A stretch of DNA of 64,000 nucleotides from Macrostomum lignano. Taxonomy: Eukaryota. The stretch is from assembly GCA_002269645.1 (NCBI GenBank), contig NIVC01000137.1, positions 496,001 to 560,000 of the forward strand, read 5' to 3'. The position numbers and the translations under genes are program-made. The notes beneath the pieces are model-generated. The model was not told where the DNA came from and searched no databases. It was given only the letters and a program-made list of their open reading frames with translations. The first letter of the stretch is position 1; the number at the start of each line of letters is the position of its first letter. Shown here piece by piece: positions 1 to 12,272 of this stretch.

Positions 1-574
1 CATGGATTGCCATCAATATATAAAGGCAATATTGCCAGGGAAAGACAAATTTGATAAATGGGTAGCTCAATTGCTTAAAACAATATGCATGGCCAATATA
101 TTAAAACAAGTCTAAAACTGAAAAATGCGGAGAGGTGGCTAGAACTGTACAAGTGGGCCTAAATGACCTTTAAGTGTAGGAGAACAATTGTAAAATTAAA
201 AGGCAAAAAATAGACAAGGCAAATAAAAAGTTAGTAAAAGCTCAGAGCAAAAACGGCAGGTGCACCATACATAGTGTCTGAAAACCCTAGAATAAAAAAG
301 CAGAGAAAAAATAAACAAAATAAATCAAAGTAAAGCCAATGATAAAAAATTTTACAGAGGGAACACAAAATAGCAATAAAAGAGCATTTGTACAGGTGTC
401 AGAAAAAGGAATTAGTTGGCAGGATCCAGCTATGACAGAGCAGAGTATAGAGGCTCCTCCCCTTGGTGTAGGTGGGCAGCACTAGGGTCTCGCAGTGCCA
501 TATCACCCTGTCCTTCACCTTGGCAGCCAGGGCTTTGGAGGTTGTACAGTGCGGTAGGATCAGCAGGATGGCCA

Positions 575-1200
575 AGTTGTATAGCATGCTAGTAAGTTCA
601 TTGGCGCCATGTGGAACACAAGTCCTCAGGACCTCAATGAACTTGGCCTCCTGGCACTAACGCCACTCATTAGCTTTGGGTCCTGTGCCATCGTGTGTCC
701 AGATGCCAGTGAAGGCGACAATCTATCAGACTGTGGCCATTGCTAGTGAAGTGGTGCACCACCAGAGTGTCGTAGGCATGCCAAATGTCACCAACTTGCC
801 TATGTGTGCCAGCATGCAACTGCGGATGCTGTTGGCAGTCTTGCCAACGTATACTGTGTGATTGCATTGCGGCAAAACATGGCATAGATGGTGATTGTGG
901 TCTTACAGTTGATCCTTTGGCTGATGAGTATCTAGATGGTGGTGGCTGCTGAACTGGGATAGATTGTTGAACTGGGTGTGTACCTGGCAGCACTTGCAGA
1001 GTTGGGCTGGGTTGCATAGTAGAAAAAACCAAACTCCCATTGTCTAGTTTGGTAGAAGCCCAGCTCCGTCAGCACATGATACTTGATAGTGTGGAGGAAG
1101 TGCTGGCTGTAGCCTTGGTGTTGCACCAGATTCAGTATCAGCCCAGTGCACGCTGCATCAAAGTTGGCCATCTGGGAGCTTTGTTGGGTGGAGTTTTCTA
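575..1200 (-). mobile_element. Degenerate Penelope-like retroelement 3' remnant (RT thumb/linker + GIY-YIG endonuclease), multiply frameshifted
   Basis: Stitching minus-strand frames gives ...ANFDAACTGLILNLVQHQGYSQHFLHTIK (PLE RT C-terminus-like), then TITIYAMFC / PQCNHTVYVGKTANSIRSCMLAH / DIWHAYDTLVVHHFTSNGHSLIDC and CQEAKFIEVLRTCVPHGANE. This is the GIY-YIG layout of Penelope elements (IY..YVG, HF.S.GHS, E..I..L.T..P.G.N). Frameshifts and stops are present. Confidence 0.7.
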
Positions 1201-1207
1201 TATAGTT

Positions 1208-1212
<5 letters not shown>

Positions 1213-1238
<26 letters not shown>

Positions 1239-1240
1239 GA
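1213..1240. repeat. (GA)n microsatellite
   Basis: Direct AG dinucleotide run. Confidence 0.9.
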
Positions 1241-2792
1241 GGGCACCTCAAATCTCAGGCACTGACACAATGAAAGGACTGATGTAAGTTTGTTTAGTTG
1301 AAGTTCTAATATTTTGAATTAGTTACTCCTTGTCAGGGTAGAATGAAGGAAAGAGAAAGAAAAGAGAAAAGAAAGGTCATGTGTATTGAGCAAAAAAAGT
1401 ATATAGGATGTTGGCTACCAGTTTTAAGCCTCTGTGCTCTTTGTCAGGCCAAACTATTAGGGTATAATGCAATGCAAGTTTTCATTTTTAAGTATTATTT
1501 TTGTCAGTCTAATAAAAATGACCAGCTATACATGTTGTCAGTAGCTATAGGCTTTCCACTAGTCGTTTTTTGACAATATGTTTTGTATATTAAAAAAATC
1601 TAAGAAATGCATATATTCAAGGTAAAAGCATGAGTTGATATTGCAAGTACAAACAATAAATGTGAATATAATATACAACAATGTACATTAATATCATGGG
1701 TCAATAGATAAAATAAGCAAGAAAGGCATTGGTTAAAACAATTCAGTGGTTTTCTGGCTGAGATTTAAACTTATTTGGAGCCAGGAGGCTCTGTAATTTT
1801 TGTTGCCATATAAAATGAGGGCAGAAAGAGGGAGAGAAAGAAAGAAAGGGAGGGAGAGAGAGTAGGCATACAGAAATACAGAACAATAGGCATTTGTGTT
1901 GTCTTGAAAGATTTCAATAAGATAAAATATTTACTAGTCAGATTCTTTTGGGTGTTTTTTGTGTCAATTTTTTTACTTTTAATAGTTTTGACTAATAGTT
2001 ACAAATCTTATACTTATTTGACCTAGGAAATTAAAGTTACAGTGTTCTATTTTAATTCTTTGAATTTAAACTTGATGAATAAAGAGATGTGTAAACTTGA
2101 GGTTTTAAAGATTACAGGTCAGTATCATCTATACTCATACTAGTTCCACTGTGCAAATAAATTTATTCCTATAAAATTACCCATGAAATTTTATACCCTA
2201 GTAAATTTGGTGAACCCAACTCACTAATGCACTGACTGTATCCTTTGAAGCATGCCATGTTTGAAGGGTGGCTAATTAATATTTAATGAACTGTGTGAGT
2301 AAATTTGCATTCCGTTTAAGTCAAGTTGAATATATTAAACTAATCAAGTGGAGAATTCACTACCATCGATCTGCACTCGGCCATAGACAATAAAGTCAAT
2401 CAAGCTTGTAAGTCTGCGCAGCACTCCCACAGAATACAAACCAAGCCAACTAACTGTTCAAGGATCTTGACTGACTTAAGGAACTTGACTGACAAAAGCA
2501 ACCCTAGATCCGATCTATTAATAACTCTGCCATAGAAATTTAAATCACTTTCTTTTGCTTGGGTCTTGCCTTTGGCAATTCAGACCTAAAGTCAAACGAT
2601 ACACAAAGCCTTAAAGTAACCAACTTTTTTAACAATTTAGTGCAGTAGGACACATACAACTAAGCATATTCTAAGCTAGCCATCTTTTCAATTAACAGCT
2701 TACAAATGCATCAATCGAATAAAAGCAAGTGGAATTTGTTACAGCAGGGTACAAATCTGCAACCATCCGAAGTCTGTCCAGAAACTAAAACG

Positions 2793-5700
2793 ATGGTGCT
2801 ACGGAAAGCGCGTCGTTTTATTTGTCATCCAGTTGGTCTTGTCCTGCTAGTGTCTCTGTCTTGCTGCCTATACATCTACATCTTGCTAATGGTGACTGCA
2901 ACTACCAGTTCGCACAAGTTCAACATCGAAGGCTCGGCAGCTTGGATTGAGAATTCGCAGAATGGCAGTCAGAGCGCTTCCAGTAGCGGTGGCAGCACTA
3001 CTAGCGCCAGTAGTATAGCAATTGGCTATGGTGTGGAATCTTTGCCTGCTATTAAACAGCGCCACACCAGACTCTTATGGGACAAAGTCAACGCCATCGC
3101 TAAGTCGAAAGATCGGCCTAGTTGGAACGAATTCGAAGCCAGAGTTCTGGCTGGCTCGGGCCCGGCTTTGGCCTGCTCACTGCCCAGTGACAATCAGTCT
3201 ACAGTTGCTAATCGGACTCAACACCGATGTGGCTCCCAGCTGCCCAGCGACAGTGATCAAACCGGCTTGGCAATTTGTCAATCGAAAGTTCGGGGCCCGT
3301 TGAAAGTTGCCTTCAATTTAAGCCTGACGTGGCAACAGGCTGCTGATTTGGTGCGCTTCTAGTTTATTGATGTTCACAGTTGACAAATCTAGGATTCCCA
3401 GTTGCTGGGCCAGCCTCCCAGATACTCAGTTGCTGGGCCAGCCTCCCAGACAGATCCTCAGTTGCTGGGCCAGCCTCCCAGACAGATCCTCAGTTGCTGG
3501 GCCAGCCTCCCAGATACTCAGTTGCTGGGCCAGCCTCCCAGACAGATCCTCAGTTGCTGGGCCAGCCTCCCAGACAGATCCTCAGTTGCTGGGCCAGCCT
3601 CCCAGAGTGTCAGTTGCTGGGCCAGCCTCCCAGAGTGTCAGTTGCTGGGCCAGCCTCCCAGACAGATCCTCAGTTGCTGTGCCAGTCTCCCAGATCCTCA
3701 GTTGCTGGGCCAGCCTTCCAGATCCCCAGTTTCTAAGCCAGCCTCCCAGAGTGTCAGTTGCTGGACCAGCCTCCCAGACAGATCCTCAGTTGCTGTGCCA
3801 GTCTCCCAGATCCTCAGTTGCTGGGCCAGTTTTCCAGATCCCCAGTTTCTAAGCCAGCCTCCCAGAGTGTCAGTTGCTGGGCCAGCCTCCCAGACAGATC
3901 CTCAGTTGCTGTGCCAGTCTCCCAGATCCTCAGTTGCTGGGCCAGTTTTCCAGATCCCCAGTTTCTAAGCCAGCCTCCCAGAGTGTCAGTTGCTGGGCCA
4001 GCCTCCCAGACAGATCCTCAGTTGCTGTGCCAGTCTCCCAGATCCTCAGTTGCTGGGCCAGCCTTCCAGATCCCCAGTTTCTAAGCCAGCCTTCCAGATC
4101 CCCAGTTGCTGGGCCAGCCTTCCAGATCCTCAGTTTCTGGGCCAGCCTTCCAGATCCTCAGTTGCTGTGCCAGTCTCCCAGATCCTCAGTTGCTGGGCCA
4201 GCCTTCCAGATCCCCAGTTTCTAAGCCAGCCCCCCAGATCCTCAGTTTCTGGGCCAGCCTTCCAGATCCTCAGTTGCTGTGCCAGTCTCCCAGATCCTCA
4301 GTTGCTGGGCCAGTCTCCCAGATCCAGAGTTGCTGGGCCAGCCTTCGAGATCCTCAGTTGCTGGGCCAGCATCCCAGATCCTCAGTTGTCGGGCCAGCCT
4401 CCCAGATCCCCAGTTGTCGGGCCAGCCTTCCAGATCCTCAGTTGTCGGGCCAGCCTCCCAGATCCCCAGTTGTCGGGCCAGCCTTCCAGATCCCCAGTTG
4501 CTGGGCTAGTCTCCCAGATCCAGAGTTGCTGGGCCAGCCTCCCATATCTTCAGTTGCTGGGCCAGCCTTTCAGATCCTCAGTTGCTGGGCCAGCATCCCA
4601 GATCCTCAGTTGTCGGGCCTTGTTCCTAATCCCAATTGCGCCCCAATGCTCTGTCAGGTATCAGCAGACATCGCCAGCACCAACAGCACCCGGATACTCC
4701 CTGGCGGAGCCTGGTGCCCCTCGGCCAAGTGCCGCCACCAGCAGTCCCTGGCCATTGTCATACCGTTTCGAGATCGCTGGCGCCAGCTAAGAAACCTGCT
4801 GTCGGTGCTGCACCCCATGCTGCAGCGCCAGCAGTCAGGCTGCTATCGAGTCTTTGTAGTTGAGCAATATGGCGGCGGGGCCTTCAACAAAGGTCGTCTG
4901 AATAACGCCGGCTTCTTAGAGGCTATGCGCAGGCATAACTTCACCTGCGTGATCTTTCAGGTGAGCTATAATTAGCTATATTATTATCATTATTGAATAA
5001 ATATTGGTTTTTTGTTAGCCTTCCAATTATGCAATGTTTGTCTGAAGTTTCTCACCCTAACCTAAGTAAGTCAAAATGTCTGGGTGATGACGGAATGCTT
5101 GAGAGACTAGCTGAGAATGTCTGGCGGTTGATTCTTGCCCACTGTCGAGGCTTGATTGGCGAAACTAGAGAAATCCGCATCAGGCTGTTTATAGTCACCT
5201 GGTGTCATCTGCTGAAGGTCCAGAAGCTCCGCCTGGGTGAAGGCTGGTGACCAACGAAGGCAGAGCTGATGCAGACACATGTGGTCGACGTGCTGATGAA
5301 ATTTGGAGACTTGGCAAGGCTGCACTGAGGCGCAGTGCTGATTGGCACACAGGGGTGTACTGAATACACTGGCGCTTATGGGAAAAATCAGACCTTCTGG
5401 CAGAATCGTTGAATATCTCAACGGTCTGGAGGGCTGGCGTCTTGATTCTTGTTTGAGAAGGTGCGCAACAAATTGTCGGGGGGGGGGGGAATTCCCCCTC
5501 CTCTTGGTAGTTCGACGGGCGGAAAAATAGCTTCGTATTCCTACTGTTAAACTAATTAAAAGTTTATGACTAAGTTATAAACTCGCCTAATGTCTTATCT
5601 GATTGTCAATTTTACTTTCCCTCGCCATGCGTAATCAATGTATATCATACTCTCTGTCCAAGTGGCCAATTAGCTCACACACCCCATCTCTCGTCCAATC

Positions 5701-6553
5701 AAATTAAATTTAAAAATGTGAAATAATGGCCGTGTGCTGGGTAAAGATTCTATACAGAGCGAAATTGTCACACAGCCGGCGAGAGGCATTGCTGCCCATT
5801 CCATCGACTCCCCTGAGCAGGCACACAAGCGCGCGGATACGTACGCAGTCATACACACAGGCGCACACACACACAGGAGTGTACAGCGGCCCCCTAACTT
5901 TATTTATCGTTAGGCATGTACACTTCAATGTGTGCCTTGGGGGTTGTTTGATTCCAATTTAGCCCCAACTTAATGTGACTGCACATCAGAGCGCCCGCGC
6001 CAGACCACTAGGCTATGGGTCCCTCATGTTCACATGTAACTGTCCAATAAATGCATTCCAGGACACTGACATTGTGCCAGAGAACGACCGCAACCCGTAC
6101 CTGTGCGGCTCTGTCAGACCCAGACACCTGGCCGTGGCTGTTGACACCAATCGCTACAGACTTCCGTACGCCGCTTTGGTCGGCGGCGTCATCGCGTTCA
6201 CTACTAGGCACTTCTTCCGGGTGAACGGCTACTCCAATCTGTACTGGGGCTGGGGCCTGGAGGATGACGACATGGAGCTGCGAATGAAAATTGGCACCAA
6301 ATTGAAATACGAACGACCGCCAGCGTCGGTTGCCAGGTTCAAAGCTTTGCCGCATGCGTCGCAGAGGATCTATCGGTTGCAGGCGTCCAGGCGGATGCCG
6401 CTGCTCAAGACTGCTCTGCAGCGCTACTCTAAAGACGGATTAAATACCGTTAAATATAGGGTATTGTTCTCCTCTAATGAGCCATTGTTCACTCACCTGT
6501 TAATTGATATTGGTGAGCAACCTCTGGACTTTGAGTTGACAGGTACTGAGTAG
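2793..6553 (+). CDS. GT7-family beta-1,4-galactosyl/N-acetylgalactosaminyltransferase (B4GALT/bre-4-like), 3 exons, ~450 aa
   Basis: Exons 2793-3350, 4658-4960 and 6062-6553, all joined in phase 0 by GT-AG introns. N-terminal TM segment (VGLVLLVSLSCCLYIYILLMV). Motifs IVIPFRDR, FNKGRLNNAG, CVIFQ|DTD (DxD), YLC..PRHLAV, LPY..LVGGV, GYSNLYWGWGLEDDDM. An upstream in-frame ATG at 2706 is possible. Confidence 0.9.
3398..4620. repeat. Minisatellite, 28-32 bp unit (GATCCTCAGTTGCTGGGCCAGCCTCCCA), intron 1 of the GT7 gene
   Basis: About 40 tandem copies read directly. Accounts for the overlapping repetitive ORFs between 3367 and 4975. Confidence 0.95.
5730..6010 (-). mobile_element. SINE-like repeat family B, copy in GT7 intron 2
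   Basis: The reverse complement matches 29570-29880 over ~250 bp (e.g. GGAATCAAACAACCCC..AAGTGTACATGCCTAACGA..GGGGCCGCTGTACACTCC..CGTACGTATCCGCGCGCTTGTGTGCCTGCTCAGGGGAGTCG). Confidence 0.65.
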
Positions 6554-7304
6554 TAGCTAATACATGTAAATTGTTGCAAGCTGCAGTGACCGCCTGTTTT
6601 AATCTGTTCTCAATTTTTTTTTCTTTAAATACCTGAGCTAACTGGTGTTCGCAGCTTACTGCAAATACTATTATTATTAGGTGATAAAAAGGTTAAAACC
6701 TTATCTGTCTATTTATGACAGTTTAAGAATATTTCCCTGCTCGCCACAACAATTCGCCCATTAACATCTGCGTAATTAACTTTTCCAGCTTCTAATTGCT
6801 CAGTAGAATGTACGAATTGCACTACTATCATCAGTTAATATAGTTTTTTTGCAGTATTATCGATTGTTAGTATTTTGTGTTTCCAGTTCAGTAAATACGT
6901 AGTTGCTTTTGTCTTGCCTTGACTGCTTTTTTGCGTAGGTTTCTGTTGAAATTTTCGTTATCGATTATAGCTTGGGCAGACAATCGACTTTGAATTTCTG
7001 TTTCAATAATTGTAAGAGTTTTTTTCTTTCTGCGTTGATGTGCATCATTATTATCAATACTTTTGAGTGGAGATTCTCGCGCAATAGTGCTTTGTATTCT
7101 CAACCCATTAAAATGTGTTTAACATTCCCAGCTCTTGCGAGAGCAACTGCGAGATAAAAAGAAAGCTTTGAATTGCGTCAATTTTCAACCTCCGTCTCCT
7201 ACTTATTAGAAAATAAATAAAAGACCTTGTATTTATGCTTTACGGGTCTCAGCAATGGTTAAATAGTTTTTATTCAATGCTTTTATTGTCCCTTGTCTCT
7301 GACA

Positions 7305-8432
7305 GACTGCCTTCCATGGTCCTTTAATGGTCTCTTATTGACTGCCTTCCATGGTCCTTTGATGGTCTCTTATTGACTGCCTTCCATGGTCCTTTAGTGG
7401 TCTCTTATTGACTGCCTTCCGTGGTCCTTTAGTGGTCTCTTATTGACTGCCTTCCATGGTCCTTTAATGGTCTCTTGTTGACTGCCTTCCATGGTCCTTT
7501 AATGGTCTCTTATTGACTGCCTTCCATAGTCCTTTAGTGGTCTCTTATTGACTGCCTTCCATGGTCCTTTGATGGTCTCTTATTGACTGCCTTCCATGGT
7601 CCTTTGATGATCTCTTATTGACTGCCTTCCATGGTCCTTTGATGGTCTCTTATTGACTGCCTTCCATGGTCCTTTGATGGTCTCTTATTGACTGCCTTCC
7701 ATGGTCCTTTAGTGGTCTATTATTGACTGCCTTCCATGGTCCTTTAATGGTCTCTTATTGACTGCCTTCCATGGTCCTTTAGTGGCCTCTTATTGACTGC
7801 CTTCCATGGTCCTTTAATGGTCTCTTATTGACTGCCTTCCATGGTCCTTTAATGGTCTCTTATTGACTGCCTTCCATGGTCCTTTAGTGGTCTATTATTG
7901 ACTGCCTTCCATGGTCCTTTAATGGTCTCTTATTGACTGCCTTCCATGGTCCTTTAGTGGCCTCTTATTGACTGCCTTCCATGGTCCTTTAATGGTCTCT
8001 TATTGACTGCCTTCCATGGTCCTTTAATGGTCTCTTATTGACTGCCTTCCATGGTCCTTTAGTGGCCTCTTATTGACTGCCTTCCATGGTCCTTTAATGG
8101 TCTCTTATTGACTGCCTTCCATGGTCCTTTAATGGTCTCTTATTGACTGCCTTCCATGGTCCTTTAATGGTCTCTTATTGACTGCCTTCCATGGTCCTTT
8201 AATGGTCTCTTATTGACTGCCTTCCATGTCCTTTAATGGTCTCTTATTGACTGCCTTCCATGTCCTTTAATGGTCTCTTATTGACTGCCTTCCATGTCCT
8301 TTAATGGTCTCTTATTGACTGCCTTCCATGGTCCTTTAATGGTCTCTTATTGACTGCCTTCCATGGTCCTTTAATGGTCTCTTATTGACTGCCTTCCATG
8401 TCCTTTAATGGTCTCTTATTGACTGCCTTCCG
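7305..8432. repeat. Minisatellite, 35-bp unit (GACTGCCTTCCATGGTCCTTTAATGGTCTCTTATT), ~32 copies
   Basis: Head-to-tail near-identical copies with no spacers. Confidence 0.95.
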
Positions 8433-9329
8433 TAGTACCTAAACTCTTTCACTGACAACCCGTTAGCATAGAACTGTTTAACTTTTAGTGGCTATAAAAT
8501 ATATAAACAGGCAAAAGATTGTCCACCATAACAGTACAGTGTGATTCTGTACTTTTAACCATTGCTGCGATCCCGACCTTAACACGCAGTGTCAATATAA
8601 TTTCCAATATTGTCTACATAGACTAATTTGCTTAGCGTTTACACAAATGTGTTGCTTCTGTAATTGAAAGATTTTCATCAGCCAATTTGGAACCTAATTT
8701 GATTGGTCTTCCCCCGTGATAATTTCTTCTTAATTGGTTAATTAACTTATTGAACCGGACTACTTGCTTTGTTGCATTTTATTGTTTGTTTTTTATTCAA
8801 TTCAAATTAACATTTCCTTACACAGCGAATTTTAAGCTCTTGATTAATAAAAATTGGAGTAATTTTCAGTAATATTTTCGGCTTCCGGAATTTGCAACTC
8901 AGTTGCTTGTACACCAGCTATTATTGTATCGAATGTATAATCCATTAATCGATTGCTTTTCCAGCTAACTGTTATTGATAACTGTGTGTACACTATGCCT
9001 ACTAAATTTCGTTTCGCTTTTAGCCTCGTATAAGAAAATGGTTCACACATGCTATGCGAATTGCAGATTTGGAATGGCTACGTGTTTTCTTGTTGTTTCT
9101 TTTGCTTGTCTGTCTCTATTACAGTATGGGATAGGAGCCCTTTAAGATTTAATTCGCCTCTCAAATTCTTATCTGGCTACTTGTCAGTAGGTTAGTAGAT
9201 TTTTTGCGTGGACGAACGCGTGCACCGTGTAGATTTCGTTGAAATCCGTTTTTTAGCATTGGGATATTTGATTGCGTACAAGATTTTATAACATTCTAGT
9301 CCTATTAATAGATCTTGATTATACCTGCC

Positions 9330-9555
9330 AGATGTGCAACCGACAGCTCAGCCGCAGCTATTGCGCGGCGCATCTGAAGGCTGCGTACGGCTGTTCAGTC
9401 CAAGGACTGGCGGGGGGTCGCCACGCACCCTCAATTACCCCAGCTAATGCTGGCACCCATTTTACAGCTGGGTGAACTGAAGCAATGCAGAGTTAAACTG
9501 TCTTGCTCAGGGACACAAATTTTCCCAGTGGGATCGGGAATCGAACCCACTATAC
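9330..9555 (-). mobile_element. tRNA-derived SINE family A (CORE-like), copy 1
   Basis: Reverse complement of 10225-10440. B-box as GGAATCGAACC on +. Body TGTGTCCCTGAGCAAGACAGTTTAACTCTGC..CCAGCTGTAAAATGGGTGCC. Confidence 0.7.
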
Positions 9556-10174
9556 TGAAACGAGCATTAATGTCATTGCCTAACTTTTGTGCCATGTGAC
9601 AGCGTCAGTTTAGTGGGGGTTTTGCTGTTTCTGAGTATACAGGTAGGATTCTACTAAGTCAAAGCAGTCAAAGAACACCATAGCAGCACTTCTAGACCAA
9701 ATAGAATCTAATAAATACGTACCGTCTTATGTATACACAAATGATACATCGTTCCGCACACAGTGACACACTTAGGATAGGCGAGAACAATGGGATAATT
9801 AGGAACTCTACTTTAAGAGTTCAAGTTGACAGGCCCTTGGTTGCGACTGTCGCCAAAATTTTCGCAGTGCGCTACACACTTGTAGCCTGTCACCTTCTCT
9901 AAAGTTTGTTTAGCGAGACTCTCCAGTTCATCCAAATATTACATATCTGGTATCTACCAGTAAGCCAGTGGCGAGTTTATCAGATTTAAACCTTTCTTTC
10001 ATTTCTTAACCCGGAAAGGTGCATAATTGATTGCGTCTATGGTTGAAACTTAATAGAGAATGTGATTCACGAACCTCTGCAAACAGAAATGCTACATTCT
10101 ACTACTGTAATTTAAAATTACATATTTTCTTTTACAACAAAATCGCCCCATTTTAACCAAAAATGGAAAAAAAT

Positions 10175-10475
10175 GCATGGAGTTAAAGTGTCTTACTCAA
10201 TTGCATGGATACAAATTGAAGGTCGGGGTTCGATTCCCGATCCGTTGGAACAGTTTGTGTCCTTGACAATGACGCTTAACTCTGCATTTAGTTTAACTAG
10301 CTGTAAAATGGGTGCCGGCATTAGCTGGGCCGGTAATTAGGGTGTGTGGTGACCCCCCAGTCCTTGAACTGGACAGCCGTACGCAGCCTTCAGATGCGCC
10401 GCGCAATAGCTGCGGCTGAGCTGTCGGTTGCGCCTCTGCGCATTAGGGCTGGTGTAATCAATTATTACTATTATT
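10175..10475 (+). mobile_element. tRNA-derived SINE family A (CORE-like), copy 2
   Basis: Pol III B-box GGTTCGATTCC at 10227-10237, then TGTGTCCTTGAC..CTTAACTCTGC..CTGTAAAATGGG, ending in an (ATT)n-like tail. Confidence 0.72.
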
Positions 10476-10554
10476 GTTATTTATTATTACCATGTTAAAC
10501 TAACGATTCTACTTGTGAATAAGAAAGTGGATTTTTTTTAAATTTCAATGGCGA

Positions 10555-11030
10555 AGTCGGCAGGTTACATTTTGACAGCAGATTCGGGTTACATTTTTAC
10601 AGCAGAGTCTGGTTACATTTTGACCCCAGAGTCGGGTTACATTTTGACCCCAGAGTCGGGTTACATTTTGACAGCAGAGTCTGGTTACATTTTGACCCCA
10701 GAGTCGGGTTACATTTTGACCCCAGAGTCGGGTTACATTTTGACCCCAGAGTCGGGTTACATTTTGACAGCAGATTCGGGTTACATTTTTACAGCAGAGT
10801 CTGGTTACATTTTGACCCCAGAGTCGGGTTACATTTTGACCCCAGAGTCGGGTTACATTTTGACAGCAGAGTCGGGTTACATTTTGACAGCAGAGTCGGG
10901 TTACATTTTGACCCCAGAGTCGGGTTACATTTTGACAGCAGAGTCGGGTTACATTTTGACAGCAGAGTCGGGTTACATTTTGACAGCAGATTCGGGTTAC
11001 ATTTTGACGGCAAAGTGACGAAATTCGGGT
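10555..11030. repeat. Minisatellite, 24-bp unit (GGGTTACATTTTGACAGCAGAGTC), ~19 copies
   Basis: Direct tandem copies. Translates as (SGYILTAE)n in ORF 10548-11018. Confidence 0.95.
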
Positions 11031-11251
11031 TACCAATTAATGACGATAATTTCATCGGCAGATTCAAGGTACATTTTGGCAATTGTGAGGTGTTTGAAAA
11101 TAATCGGCAGGAGTGAAAGTTTTTCCGAAGCAAAACTTCTTTTTACTAATTTTAAAGAGAGTATTGCTTACTACGATCGAATTGGAGACCTGCTACAGCT
11201 CTGAAAAAAGAGGTAAAAATTAGCAGTGTTCTTTGCGTCAAAATCATTTAC

Positions 11252-12272
11252 TTAATCTTCCGCGGCATTGTCGATCAGCCGGCACTCGAACGTCCTCATG
11301 GAGTGTCTGAAATCCAACGGATACATGCTGGGGTCAGGTGGAACAGAACCCGAAAACGAGATTCCAAAGCTTAATAAATCATATCGAGACAAATCCAGAG
11401 CTGCCGGAGGACTGTAGTAAATTCCGTTCGGATTGAAGCAGAAACAGCTCTTGAACCACCATCCGCTTCGATACAGGTTAGCGCATGAGCCATACGAATA
11501 GGAATCTTGATCGTTGCCCTTAGTGGAAAACTTTTGGTTGTCCATGGACTCCAAGGCGTTCTTCGGACACTCAATGACGTTGGACCGATCGACATCCTGT
11601 TCACCGACGGTGACTCGATACTCCTGACTGGCGTCCTCGACAATGAGCTCGGCGTTCTCCCACCACCACCAGCTGCCGTTCCACGAGCTCATCTCCCACC
11701 TCACTCTCCTGTCGCCAGCTCGAGTGAGCAGGTGGATCGCCTGCAGACCCATCCAGAAGTTTCTGTCCTCGCCCTGTCCGAACCCGGACACGTAGTCTGT
11801 CCAGTCACGGTTGAAGTCGACAGTCGCATCTACTCTGTGCTGGAAGGTGCGCCAGCACCAGCTCGCTCCGAGGCTTTCCAGCCGCTTTACCTTAAAAGAA
11901 TAAGCGGGTATGATATGTTGTCGCTTTCATATTTATGCAACTGTATTGCAGCACACGTCGAACAAAGTTTCTTACCATGAGCAGAGGCAGTCCGGATTTT
12001 GCAGCGTTCCGGCACTTCCTGCAGCCGCTCCGACCCAGACGGCAGCGCAGCAGCCGGCAGACGGCTTCATCGCTTGAGAATGAGACGGCTTGGTGCCGCT
12101 TGCTGGCCAGAGACGCGCACTGGATGCGGCTTGCGGCGCGCACCGCGCGGTCAACCAGGTACTCGGCGAGGTCGTCTCTCTGAGCTCGCCACTCGGAGCT
12201 CTTGAAGCTTCCGGAGCCTTCAACGAAGCTGATAGCAGCCAGTAGTGGGATGGTGAGAGGTGCAAGATGCAT
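11252..12272 (-). CDS. Secreted fibrinogen-related protein (FReD) with an N-terminal PAN/apple-like module, 2 exons, ~311 aa
   Basis: Exon 1 12272-11976 has signal peptide MHLAPLTIPLLAAISFVEG and SRIQCASL..AVSF....CRL. GT-AG intron in phase 0. Exon 2 11890-11252 reads WRTFQHRVDATVDFNRDWTDYVSGFG..EDRNFWMGLQAIH..KFSTKGNDQD..CA..YRSGWWFKSC..FNPNGIY, a classic fibrinogen C-terminal globe. Confidence 0.85.

Noticed and set aside
3367-4790. Many overlapping '[18 protein letters not shown]' ORFs (also 22740-23554)
   Set aside because: These are translations of intronic minisatellites, open in several frames at once.
7305-8432. 35-bp repeat array resembling a CRISPR in unit length
   Set aside because: Units are contiguous with no unique spacers, there are no cas genes, and the context is eukaryotic.
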